Source of the DNA: Yinghuangia seranimata
GTDB lineage: Bacteria > Actinomycetota > Actinomycetes > Streptomycetales > Streptomycetaceae
Length of the DNA stretch: 32,000 nt
Direction of reading: 5' to 3'
NCBI RefSeq assembly: GCF_029953285.1
Contig: NZ_JASAOI010000058.1
Coordinates: forward strand, 31,547 to 63,546
The position numbers and the translations under genes are program-made. This document shows positions 1 to 7,259 of the stretch, one piece after another (position 1 is the first letter of the stretch; each line of letters opens with the position of its first letter). Below the pieces are notes generated by a model, which was not told where the DNA came from, ran no database searches, and saw only the letters and a list, made by a program, of their open reading frames with translations.

Positions 1-162
1 GTCGAATCCATGAACCCAGGCGACCAGTACGCCGAGGCCGCCGGCGATCCCGGTGAGGCGGCCGACCTGGCCGTGACCACCGGCCGCGCGCACGAGTCCG
101 GAATGCCGGACGTCCCGCTCGACGAGTCCCTGCTCGAACCGGCCGAGGGGGCGACGCCGTGA
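1..162 (+). CDS. 3' end of an upstream hypothetical protein (partial, runs off the window start)
   Basis: Frame 1 is open from base 1 to the TGA at 160-162. About 47 of 53 third codon positions are G/C. The stop overlaps the GTG start of the next gene (GTGA), implying translational coupling. The visible acidic tail (...LDESLLEPAEGATP) has no recognisable motif. Confidence 0.5.
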   Translation, partial: VESMNPGDQYAEAAGDPGEAADLAVTTGRAHESGMPDVPLDESLLEPAEGATP

Positions 163-1874
163 GCCCGTCGGCCGAATCCGTCATCGGCGCCGCACGCGGC
201 GAAGTCGGTTACCACGAAGGAATGTCCCCGTCGGGGCACTGGAACAACATCCAGAAGTACAGCGAGGAAGTCCCGGGCCTGGCCTGGTCGAACGGCGAGC
301 CCTGGTGCGCGACGTTCGTCTCCTGGTGCGCCATGACGGGCGACGCCGCCGACCTGTTCCCCCGCACGGCCTCCTGCGGCGAGGGTCTGGACTGGTTCCG
401 CCGCCGCGGCCGCGGCTCCGACTACCCTGCCGTCGGCGCCCAGGTCTTCTACGGCGTAGGCGGCGAACTCGGCGACGGCGGCCACCACACCGGCGTCGTC
501 TACGCCTACGACGCCACGTACATCTACACGGTCGAAGGCAATGCCCAGCCGCTGGACGCGGCCGTTCTCACCCCGCGCGGTTACGTGCGCATGGGCGACA
601 TCGCGGTGGGGGACGATGTCGTGGATCCGGCCGGGATGCCATCCACGGTCACGGGGGTGTTCCCCAAGGGCACCCGCAAGGTCTACCGCGTCACGCTGCA
701 GGACGGCTCCACCACCGAAGCGTGCGACGAGCACCTGTGGGGCGTCGAGATCGACGCGCGCAAACCGCGCACGGTCACGACAGCCGAACTCGCCAGGGTG
801 GTGGCCAGTCCGAATATGCGGGTCCGGTTGCCGCAGATCCAGCCGGTCGAGTACCTCGTGGACGAGCCGCTCCCGCTGCCGCCGTACCTGCTGGGCGCGC
901 TCATCGGCGAGGGGCGAATGAGCGGCGTCGGACCGCACCTGACCGACCTCGACGCCGAGGCCTCTGCGGCGCTCGGGGGACTCGGGCTGTGGGGTAAGAC
1001 GGCTCGGGAAGTGTTCATCCCCGAGCAGTACAAGCGGGCGACGGTGAAGGACCGTCTCGAACTGCTGCGGGGTCTGATGGACACCGGCGGCGACATCGAT
1101 GCTGCCGGCCGTATCGATTTCGGCAGTTGCTGTGCGCCGCTGGCCGAGGACGTCGGGGAAGTCGTCCGTTCCCTGGGCGGGCACACATCGCTCAAGACCG
1201 AGGCGAACGCAGCGTGCGTGCCACCCGCCTGTCGGCTCCAGAACATCGACATGCCGTTCCACAACCCCTTCGCCGTCCCGCGCAAAGCGGAGCGGTTCAG
1301 GCCGCGGTCCGGCGCCTGGCACCGCAGGGTTGTCAGCGTCGAGTACCTGCGGGACGACGAGGTGCAGTGCATCAGGGTCTCGGCACCCTCGCACCTGTAC
1401 GTCACGGACGACTTCATCCCGACGCACAACACGAACCAGACCGGTTCGGCGGAGGGGGACGGGGTCTACTTCAAGAAGCGGTTGCGGCGGGATCCGTACG
1501 TGTTCGCGTACGGGTATCCGGCGTATCCCGGGGGGATCACCTCGGCCGATCCGGCGTGGGGTGGCGGGCCGGCTGCTCCGCCGCAGGTGGAGCAGGTGTC
1601 GTTGGCGCGGTTGCAGGCGGCGGCCAGGGCGGACGCGCCCGCGCCGGGGACGCCGATGGCGTACCGGGCGGGGACGTTGCTGGTCGAACGTGCCCTGGTG
1701 GCCGAGGGGTTGCTCGACGCGCGGTACGCGGACGGCTCGTACGGGACCAAGACCCTTGCCGCGTACGCCGCGTGGCAGCGGCGGCTCGGGTATGCGGGCG
1801 GGGACGCGGACGGGATCCCCGGGAACGACAGCCTGGCGCGGCTCGGCGCGGCGCACGGGTTCCAGGTCGTGTGA
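159..1874 (+). CDS. CHAP-domain peptidoglycan hydrolase with a C-terminal peptidoglycan-binding-like domain, interrupted by an intein (571-aa precursor; predicted spliced product 275 aa)
   Basis: CHAP signature residues are present: nucleophile context GEPWCATFVSW (Cys50), GGHHTGVVY (His109/110) and YTVEGN (third active-site motif). The C-terminus YGTKTLAAYAAWQRRLGYAGGDADGIPGNDSLARLG resembles the peptidoglycan-binding repeat common in actinomycete and phage wall hydrolases. There is no N-terminal signal peptide. Residues 129-424 form an inserted Hint/LAGLIDADG module. Confidence 0.9.
   Translation: MSPSAESVIGAARGEVGYHEGMSPSGHWNNIQKYSEEVPGLAWSNGEPWCATFVSWCAMTGDAADLFPRTASCGEGLDWFRRRGRGSDYPAVGAQVFYGVGGELGDGGHHTGVVYAYDATYIYTVEGNAQPLDAAVLTPRGYVRMGDIAVGDDVVDPAGMPSTVTGVFPKGTRKVYRVTLQDGSTTEACDEHLWGVEIDARKPRTVTTAELARVVASPNMRVRLPQIQPVEYLVDEPLPLPPYLLGALIGEGRMSGVGPHLTDLDAEASAALGGLGLWGKTAREVFIPEQYKRATVKDRLELLRGLMDTGGDIDAAGRIDFGSCCAPLAEDVGEVVRSLGGHTSLKTEANAACVPPACRLQNIDMPFHNPFAVPRKAERFRPRSGAWHRRVVSVEYLRDDEVQCIRVSAPSHLYVTDDFIPTHNTNQTGSAEGDGVYFKKRLRRDPYVFAYGYPAYPGGITSADPAWGGGPAAPPQVEQVSLARLQAAARADAPAPGTPMAYRAGTLLVERALVAEGLLDARYADGSYGTKTLAAYAAWQRRLGYAGGDADGIPGNDSLARLGAAHGFQVV
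543..1430 (+). mobile_element. Intein (296 aa, residues 129-424 of the CHAP protein) with a class-3-like WCT signature and an embedded LAGLIDADG homing-endonuclease domain
   Basis: Block A is AQPLDAAVLTPRG, which aligns with the canonical C-L-x-x-D-T-x-V-L-T-x-x-G but has Ala at position 1. Block B is TTEACDEHLW (His192, Trp194 at B12). LAGLIDADG-like motifs are LLGALIGEG and LLRGLMDTGG. Block F is EVQCIRVSAPSHLYV (Cys404 at the F4 position usually held by Asp; His412). Block G is FIPTHN followed by Thr+1. Joining the flanks gives ...YTVEGN|TNQTGS..., restoring the usual CHAP EGNT motif. Confidence 0.75.
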
Positions 1875-1886
1875 GTGAAACGTGCT

Positions 1887-1919
1887 GTGGGGCACGGCTG
1901 TTCGGTAGCCGTGCCCCAC
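1887..1919. terminator. Bidirectional rho-independent-type hairpin between the convergent CHAP and acyl-CoA synthetase genes
   Basis: Perfect 13-bp stem GTGGGGCACGGCT / AGCCGTGCCCCAC with a 7-nt loop (gttcggt). It starts 13 nt after the CHAP stop codon. Confidence 0.7.
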
Positions 1920-1931
1920 GGCGGTCGTTGG

Positions 1932-1984
1932 TCAGCTCGCGCGCCGAGAAGAGTTGTGGATCAGCTCGCGCGGGCCGAGAGGAT
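1932..1984. repeat. Near-tandem direct duplication of the 3' terminus of the acyl-CoA synthetase gene
   Basis: TCAGCTCGCGCGCCGAGAAGAG (1932-1953) and TCAGCTCGCGCGGGCCGAGAGGAT (1961-1984) share a 12-nt identical core plus CCGAGA. Copy 2 contains the real stop codon and last codons of the minus-strand gene. Copy 1 lies just outside it. Confidence 0.6.
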
Positions 1985-3451
1985 CTCGTCGACGAGTTGC
2001 TTGCGCTGGATCTGCCCGGTGGCCGGGGTGCGGGGGAGGGCGTCGGCGTAGAAGACCCGGCGCGGGTGCTTGTGGCCGGCCAGGCGGCCCTCGCAGCCGG
2101 CGCGGATGGCGGAGGGGCCGGGGATCGAGGACGGGTCGTCAGGCACGACGACGGCGCACACGACCTCGCCCCACGTGGTGTCCGGCAGCCCGATGACCGC
2201 GACGTCGCGGACGCCCTCGATGGCGGCCAGCACGCGCTCGACCTCGCTGGGGGCGACGCTTTCGCCGCCGGTGCGGATCAGGTCGCGGGAGCGGCCCGAG
2301 ATGCTCAGGTAGCCCTCGTCGTCGGTGACGGCGATGTCGCCGGTGCGGTACCAGCCGTTCTGGAGGGCGGCGGCGGTCGCCTCGGGGTCGTCGAAGTAGC
2401 CGTCGAACAGCAGCGGTCCGCGGACGCACAGCTCGCCCTCGGGATCGAGCGCCAGGTGCTGGAAGACGCTCGGGACGCCGCAGCTGCCCGGCTTGCGCAG
2501 CACGTCGGCGCCGTCGAGCGAGGTGACGTTGCCGGCCTCGGTGGAGCCGTAGAACACCCGCAGGGTGGCGTTCGGCGCGGCCTTGGCGATGCCCTGCAGC
2601 AGCTCGGGGACGGTCGCGGACGTGCCGGAGTCGGCGAACCGCAGGCTCGGCAGCGTGCCGGGTCCCGAGTCGGTCGCCTCCTCCTCGGCGAGCGCCGACA
2701 GCACGCGCTCCCACACCGCCGGGACACAGTTGAGCCGGGTCGCGGAGTGCTCGCGCACCGCGGCGACGATCGACGCGCCGTCGGTCTGCGGGACGAGGAT
2801 CAGCGTGTCGCGCGCCTGCCACTGCTGGAGCGCGATCGTCCACGCGCCCATGTGGAAGAGCGGGTAGACGCACACCATCGCGCCACGCGGTTCGAGCTGC
2901 GAACCGGGGTGGCTGCGCAGCACGTTCACGCGGTGCGACAGCACGACGCCCTTCGGCTTCCCGGTGCTGCCGGAGGTGAAGAAGATGGCGTGCGGGTCGG
3001 TCTCCGCGGGCTCCGGCGTCTCCGGCGGGTCGGCGGACTCGGCGTCGGCCGCGGCGGTCAGGTCGGCGAGCGCGAGGTACGGGACGCCGATCCGCTCGGC
3101 GACCCTGGCGCCGTCCACCCGTCCGTCGCCGAGCAGCAGCGCGGGCTTGGCCGCGCGGGCCAGGGCCTCGGCCTCGTCGGCGGGCAGCGCGGGGCCGACC
3201 GGCACGTACACGGCGCCGATCCGGGCGAGGGCCGCGAAGACCGGCAGGATGTCGAGGGACGTCGCGTTCCAGCAGACCACGCGGTCGCCCGGCCCGACGC
3301 CGTGCGCGAGCAGCGCCCGCGCGGCGCGGTCGCCGCCCGCGGCCAGCTCGGCGAACGTGACGCTCCGGTCGCCGAGGATCGCGGCGGCGCGGCCGGGGAC
3401 GGCACGGGCCGCGCCCGCGAATATCTCCCCGATGACGAGTCCCTGCCCCAC
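1961..3451 (-). CDS. AMP-forming acyl-CoA synthetase / fatty-acid-CoA ligase family protein
   Basis: AMP-binding motifs are present: FFTSGSTGKPKGVV, YGSTEAG, WYRTGDIAV and GRSRDLIRTGGESVAPSEVE. I place the start at the GTG at 3451 because GGGAGG lies 5 nt upstream. The 41 codons further upstream, back to the ATG at 3574, have only about 70% GC3 and an Arg-rich nonsense-like sequence. The alternative start is 3574. Confidence 0.88.
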   Translation of the reverse strand: MGQGLVIGEIFAGAARAVPGRAAAILGDRSVTFAELAAGGDRAARALLAHGVGPGDRVVCWNATSLDILPVFAALARIGAVYVPVGPALPADEAEALARAAKPALLLGDGRVDGARVAERIGVPYLALADLTAAADAESADPPETPEPAETDPHAIFFTSGSTGKPKGVVLSHRVNVLRSHPGSQLEPRGAMVCVYPLFHMGAWTIALQQWQARDTLILVPQTDGASIVAAVREHSATRLNCVPAVWERVLSALAEEEATDSGPGTLPSLRFADSGTSATVPELLQGIAKAAPNATLRVFYGSTEAGNVTSLDGADVLRKPGSCGVPSVFQHLALDPEGELCVRGPLLFDGYFDDPEATAAALQNGWYRTGDIAVTDDEGYLSISGRSRDLIRTGGESVAPSEVERVLAAIEGVRDVAVIGLPDTTWGEVVCAVVVPDDPSSIPGPSAIRAGCEGRLAGHKHPRRVFYADALPRTPATGQIQRKQLVDEILSARAS

Positions 3452-3581
3452 CCGAACCTCCCTGGTCACGCCCCGTTGCCGTGCATGCCGTGCACCGTCG
3501 TCGTGCACTGACGCACGTACGCTAAGCGCCTGGCCGCGCACTGGGAAGAGCCGCGCGCACGCGTGATCGATCACCTGGCGG

Positions 3582-3905
3582 TCAGGCGTCCTTGAGTTCG
3601 ACGATGATCTCGTAGTACGGCCGGTCGCCGACGTTGACCGCGGTCTCGACGCCGCCGCGCTTCATGGGCACGACCACGCCGGGCACGACGTCGGCGGCGA
3701 AGAACTCCTTGAACTCGCCCTCGCTGTCCGGCTCGGGCTCGACGGCGATGCGGTCCCCGGCCACCTGCACGAGGTAGTAGTCCAGGTCGTGGCGGTGGAC
3801 GTCGCTGCGCTCGCCGGGGGCGAGGGCCAGCTCCCAGATGCGGACCCGGTCGTCCTCGAACAGGACCTTGCTGCCGATGCCGCCGAGTTCGCGTTCCGCT
3901 GTCAT
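3582..3905 (-). CDS. Small cupin-domain protein (107 aa)
   Basis: Single-domain beta-barrel pattern with cupin-like metal-ligand spacing (GERSDVHRHDLDYYLV ... VETAVNVG). GC3 is high. It sits 24 nt downstream of the dehydrogenase stop. Confidence 0.7.
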   Translation of the reverse strand: MTAERELGGIGSKVLFEDDRVRIWELALAPGERSDVHRHDLDYYLVQVAGDRIAVEPEPDSEGEFKEFFAADVVPGVVVPMKRGGVETAVNVGDRPYYEIIVELKDA

Positions 3906-3929
3906 ACGGGCCTCCTCTGTGTGGGCCGG

Positions 3930-4991
3930 CTAGTAGCCGGCGGTCGGGTCGACGGTGTTGCGGAGCGGTTCGCCGGCGAGGTACCGCGCGAGGTTCTCGC
4001 GGAAGAGCCGGAACACGCCGGTGAAGTGGTCGCGGGCGTCGCTGGAGCAGTGCGCGGACAGGTAGAGGTTGGGGGCGTCCCACAGCGGGTCGTCGGCGGG
4101 CAGCGGCTCGGTGCGGGCGACGTCCAGCGCGGCGGCGCCGAGGCGGCCGCTCTCCAGCGCCTTGATCAGGTCGTCCTCGACGACGAACGAGCCTCGGCCG
4201 ACGTTGCAGTAGAACGCGCCGGGGCGCATGGCGGCGAAGGCCGCGGCGTCCATGGTGTCGACGGTCTCGGCGGTCTCGGGCGCGGCGGAGACGACGGCGT
4301 CGCAGCGGCCGAGCATGTCGTGCAGGTCCTCGGGGCGGAACAGCCGGTCGACGTTCGGCGCGGGGACGTCCGTGCGGCGCCGCGTCGCGTACACGGTCAT
4401 GCCGAACGCCTGGGCCCGCTTGGCGATCTCGCCCCCGATGCCGCCGACGCCGACCAGGCCGAGCGTGCGCCCGGAGACCAGCGTCCCGAAGACCGCCTTC
4501 CAACGGTGCTCGCGCTGCCGTTCGTCGAGCTCGCGGTGCCCCTTGAAGTGGGCGAGCAGGCGGGCGAACGCGAACTCGGCGATCGGGACGCCGTTGACGC
4601 CCGCGGCGGTGGTGGCGGCGACGCGCGGCGTCGGCAGGCCCGCCGAGACCAGTTGGCCGTTGCCGGCCGCGACGCTCTGCACCCAGCGGAGCCGGGGCGC
4701 GGCGTCGGCGACGTCGAACGGAAGGTCGGCGACCAGCGCGACCTCGATCCGTGCCAGCGCCGCCCGCTGATCCTCGGTCAGTTCCGGGGCGAGGGCGCGC
4801 AGTCCGGGGTCGGCCGCGGAGCCGGGGCGGCCGCGGGCGGTGCGCAGCGCGTCGTCCTCGACGTACCGGCAGTCGACGATCTCGACGCGCGGGTCGAGCG
4901 CGCGCAGCGCGGCGAGGTCGGCCCGGTAGGCCTCGGCGGGTCTGATGTCCCAGCGCGGCGGGTACATGATGCCGACGACCAGGGGGTTCAT
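3930..4991 (-). CDS. D-isomer-specific 2-hydroxyacid dehydrogenase family, NAD-binding (353 aa)
   Basis: Rossmann motif GLVGVGGIGGEIAKRA. Catalytic-region pattern NVGRGSFVVEDDLIKAL...AALDV...EPLP...LSAHCS (Arg/Glu/His triad context). The ATG at 4991 follows GAAAGGAAG. Its start overlaps the upstream stop by ATGA. Confidence 0.88.
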   Translation of the reverse strand: MNPLVVGIMYPPRWDIRPAEAYRADLAALRALDPRVEIVDCRYVEDDALRTARGRPGSAADPGLRALAPELTEDQRAALARIEVALVADLPFDVADAAPRLRWVQSVAAGNGQLVSAGLPTPRVAATTAAGVNGVPIAEFAFARLLAHFKGHRELDERQREHRWKAVFGTLVSGRTLGLVGVGGIGGEIAKRAQAFGMTVYATRRRTDVPAPNVDRLFRPEDLHDMLGRCDAVVSAAPETAETVDTMDAAAFAAMRPGAFYCNVGRGSFVVEDDLIKALESGRLGAAALDVARTEPLPADDPLWDAPNLYLSAHCSSDARDHFTGVFRLFRENLARYLAGEPLRNTVDPTAGY

Positions 4992-5848
4992 GTGGTGCTT
5001 CCTTTCGGCGCGGGGGTGCGGAACTCGAGTCCCTTGCGGGCGTCTTTGAGGACGCCGGGGCGGTGCGTGGCGGCGAGCGCGCTGTCGAGGTAGCCGGGGG
5101 CGTCGACGGTGTCGACGAACCAGCCGGTGGGGCACATGGTGAGGATCTCGACGAACGAGAAGCCCAGACCTTCGCGTTGGGTGCGGAAGGCGTCCTTGAT
5201 CATGCGGTTGGTGCGGGTGATGTTGACGGCGTTGTTGACCGCGCCGCGGGCGACGTAGGCGGCGCCGTCGAGCGCCGCGACGAGTTCGGCGAGCCGGATG
5301 GGGTGGCCGTGCCGCGCCGCGTCCCGGCCCTCCAGGGTGTTCTTGGTGCGTTGGCCCAGGACGGTGGCGGCGGTCATGTGGCCGCCGGTCTCGCCGAAGA
5401 CGCCGTTGTTGAGCATGAAGCAGGTGACGTTCTCGCCGCGTGCGGCGGTGTGCAGGACCTCCTGCAGGCCCTCGTTGACCATGTCGCCGTCGCCCTGCAC
5501 GGTGAAGACGAGGGTGTCGGGGCGGCAGCGCTTGACGCCGGTGGCCAGCGACGGGGCGCGGCCGTGCAGCGCCTGGAGCACCTCGATGTCCAGGTTGTTG
5601 GAGTAGGCGGTGTAGCAGCCGATGCCGAACACCGCGATGGCACGGGACACTTCGCCGAGCTCGTCGACCTGCTCGACCATCGACCGCATCGCGATCGGCT
5701 CGCCGCAGCCGGGGCACAGGTGGTGGGCGCCGACGTCGATGAGCGCGGGCGTGAAGTCGTGCAACAGCCGTGCGGGGGCGTCGGGTGGGGCGTCGGTGTC
5801 GACGAAGACCGGTAGGCGGGTGCGGTGTTCGGGTTCGGGCGGGGTCAC
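4988..5848 (-). CDS. 2-oxoacid:ferredoxin oxidoreductase, beta (TPP-binding) subunit (286 aa)
   Basis: CPGCGE motif near the N-terminus. TPP-binding region VQGDGDMVNEGLQEVLHTAARGENVTCFMLNNGVFGETGGH. The GTG start at 5848 overlaps the alpha-subunit stop (GTGA). Confidence 0.88.
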   Translation of the reverse strand: MTPPEPEHRTRLPVFVDTDAPPDAPARLLHDFTPALIDVGAHHLCPGCGEPIAMRSMVEQVDELGEVSRAIAVFGIGCYTAYSNNLDIEVLQALHGRAPSLATGVKRCRPDTLVFTVQGDGDMVNEGLQEVLHTAARGENVTCFMLNNGVFGETGGHMTAATVLGQRTKNTLEGRDAARHGHPIRLAELVAALDGAAYVARGAVNNAVNITRTNRMIKDAFRTQREGLGFSFVEILTMCPTGWFVDTVDAPGYLDSALAATHRPGVLKDARKGLEFRTPAPKGSTT

Positions 5849-7017
5849 GGCCGGCTCCTCGGGTGCTCGCGATGCGGCGGCTCGGGCTCCGGCCCGCGTC
5901 GGCGACCCGTCACGGCGTCGTGGAGATCGGCGATGCGCCGCTTGAGCAGCGCGACGTCGAGGTCGGGCGCGATGCCGAAGCCGGACGGGTCGAGGCTGAG
6001 CCCGCCGATGAAGCGCACGTCGGCGGAGCCGAGGACGGCGAGCCGCACGTCGTCGAGCATCTGCCCCTGGTTGTTCTCGTAGACGGCGACGCTGCCCGCG
6101 CGCCGGGCGGCCTCGGCGACCACGTCGGACGGGAACGGCACGAGGGTGATCGGGCGCAGCCAGCCGATCCGCCGTCCCTCGGCGCGCAGTTCGCGCACGG
6201 CCTGACGCACGTAGCCGCCGGGGGTGCCGTACGCGATCACGACGAGCTCGGCGTCGTCGGTGAACCCGGCCTCGTGGCGCGGTGGTTCGTCGGTGACCAT
6301 GCGTTCCATCGCGGCCACGTGCCGGTGGTAGAACTCGGCGAGGTCGTAGCCGGCGTCGGCGCGTCCGGCGGCGTGCCGCTGCTTGGCGTCGCTGAGCGGC
6401 GAGACGAGCTTGGCGGCGCCGGTGCCTCCGGTGGAGCCGTCCAGCGCCCAGTCGCGCGGCGGGAGGGGGCCGAAGTCGAGCGGCGTGACGGAGACGGACT
6501 GGTGGGTGTGCGCCAGGTAGTAGTCGCCCATGACCAGTACCGGCGCGCGCCACTTCTCGGCCAGGTGGAAGGCCAGCTGGGTGAGTTCGGCGGCCTCGGG
6601 GACGCCGCACGGCGCGAGGACGAGGTGCCGGTAGTCGCCGTGGCCGCCACCGCGGGTGGCCTGGAAGTAGTCGCCCTGGGCGCGGGCCATGTTGAGGACG
6701 ACCAACGGCAGCCTGGAGTACACGATTTCGGCGAGCGACTCCTGCATGAGCGACAGGCCCTGCCCGGTGGAACCGGTCGCGGCGGGGGTGCCGGTGGCGG
6801 CCGCGCCCCACGCCATGCCGACGGCTTCGAGCTCGCTCTCGGCGTTGACGCACACACCGCCGACGTCGGGCAGCCGTGCCGCCATGGTCTCCAGGACCTC
6901 GGTGAACGGGGTCATGGGGTATCCGGCGAAGAACCGGCATCCGGCGGCGATCATGGCCTCGGCGATCGCGGCCGAGCCGGGCATGATGCGGGCGCCGGCG
7001 TGTGCGGTGGCGGTCAT
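5845..7017 (-). CDS. 2-oxoacid:ferredoxin oxidoreductase, alpha subunit (390 aa)
   Basis: N-terminal pyrimidine-binding pattern GSAAIAEAMIAAGCRFFAGYPMTPFTEV, NAESELEAVGMAWGAAATG and GQGLSLMQESL. The ATG at 7017 overlaps the ferredoxin stop (ATGA). Confidence 0.88.
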   Translation of the reverse strand: MTATAHAGARIMPGSAAIAEAMIAAGCRFFAGYPMTPFTEVLETMAARLPDVGGVCVNAESELEAVGMAWGAAATGTPAATGSTGQGLSLMQESLAEIVYSRLPLVVLNMARAQGDYFQATRGGGHGDYRHLVLAPCGVPEAAELTQLAFHLAEKWRAPVLVMGDYYLAHTHQSVSVTPLDFGPLPPRDWALDGSTGGTGAAKLVSPLSDAKQRHAAGRADAGYDLAEFYHRHVAAMERMVTDEPPRHEAGFTDDAELVVIAYGTPGGYVRQAVRELRAEGRRIGWLRPITLVPFPSDVVAEAARRAGSVAVYENNQGQMLDDVRLAVLGSADVRFIGGLSLDPSGFGIAPDLDVALLKRRIADLHDAVTGRRRGPEPEPPHREHPRSRP

Positions 7018-7259
7018 GCGCCGGCCTCGTGCGTCTGGGGCTGCTCGTACCGGTAGACCTGGAAGACGAAGTCGGGGCATATCGCGGTGCACGCCTTGCA
7101 GGCGATGCAGCCGGGCAGCAACCGCGGGTAGCGGTAGCCGCGTTCGTTGACCTGATCGGTCGTCATGCGCAGGACGCGCGGCGGGCACGCGTCGATGCAC
7201 AGCTCGCACCCTTTGCACGCCTCGGTGTCGATGACGAGGGTGCCGAGGCTGTCGGTCAT
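7014..7259 (-). CDS. 2-oxoacid:ferredoxin oxidoreductase delta subunit, 2x[4Fe-4S] ferredoxin (81 aa)
   Basis: Two cluster motifs: CKGCELCIDACP and CIACKACTAICP. The ATG at 7259 overlaps the gamma-subunit stop (ATGA). Confidence 0.85.
   Translation of the reverse strand: MTDSLGTLVIDTEACKGCELCIDACPPRVLRMTTDQVNERGYRYPRLLPGCIACKACTAICPDFVFQVYRYEQPQTHEAGA

Noticed and set aside
1127-3511. 794-aa plus-strand ORF. Similar very long ORFs occur at 12922-15960 (+), 15621-18374 (+), 20384-22963 (+), 8892-10331 (-) and 5770-7056 (+).
   Set aside because: All lie antisense to, or out of frame with, genes carrying clear family motifs. Their products are Arg/Gly/Ala/Pro-rich strings with no motifs. These are the usual shadow ORFs of very high-GC DNA, where stop codons are rare in every frame.
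3452-3574. Longer N-terminus for the acyl-CoA synthetase starting at the ATG at 3574
   Set aside because: The 41 extra codons have only about 70% GC3 and a non-protein-like sequence. The GTG at 3451 has GGGAGG at ideal spacing. I keep it as an alternative start only.
4992-5717. N-terminal extensions implied by the track for the dehydrogenase (to 5717), OFOR beta (to 6940), alpha (to 7218) and ferredoxin (to 8672)
   Set aside because: Each extension overlaps the upstream gene in another frame and is Arg-rich. In each case the conserved N-terminus begins at an internal ATG/GTG that forms a 4-nt overlap with the preceding stop codon.
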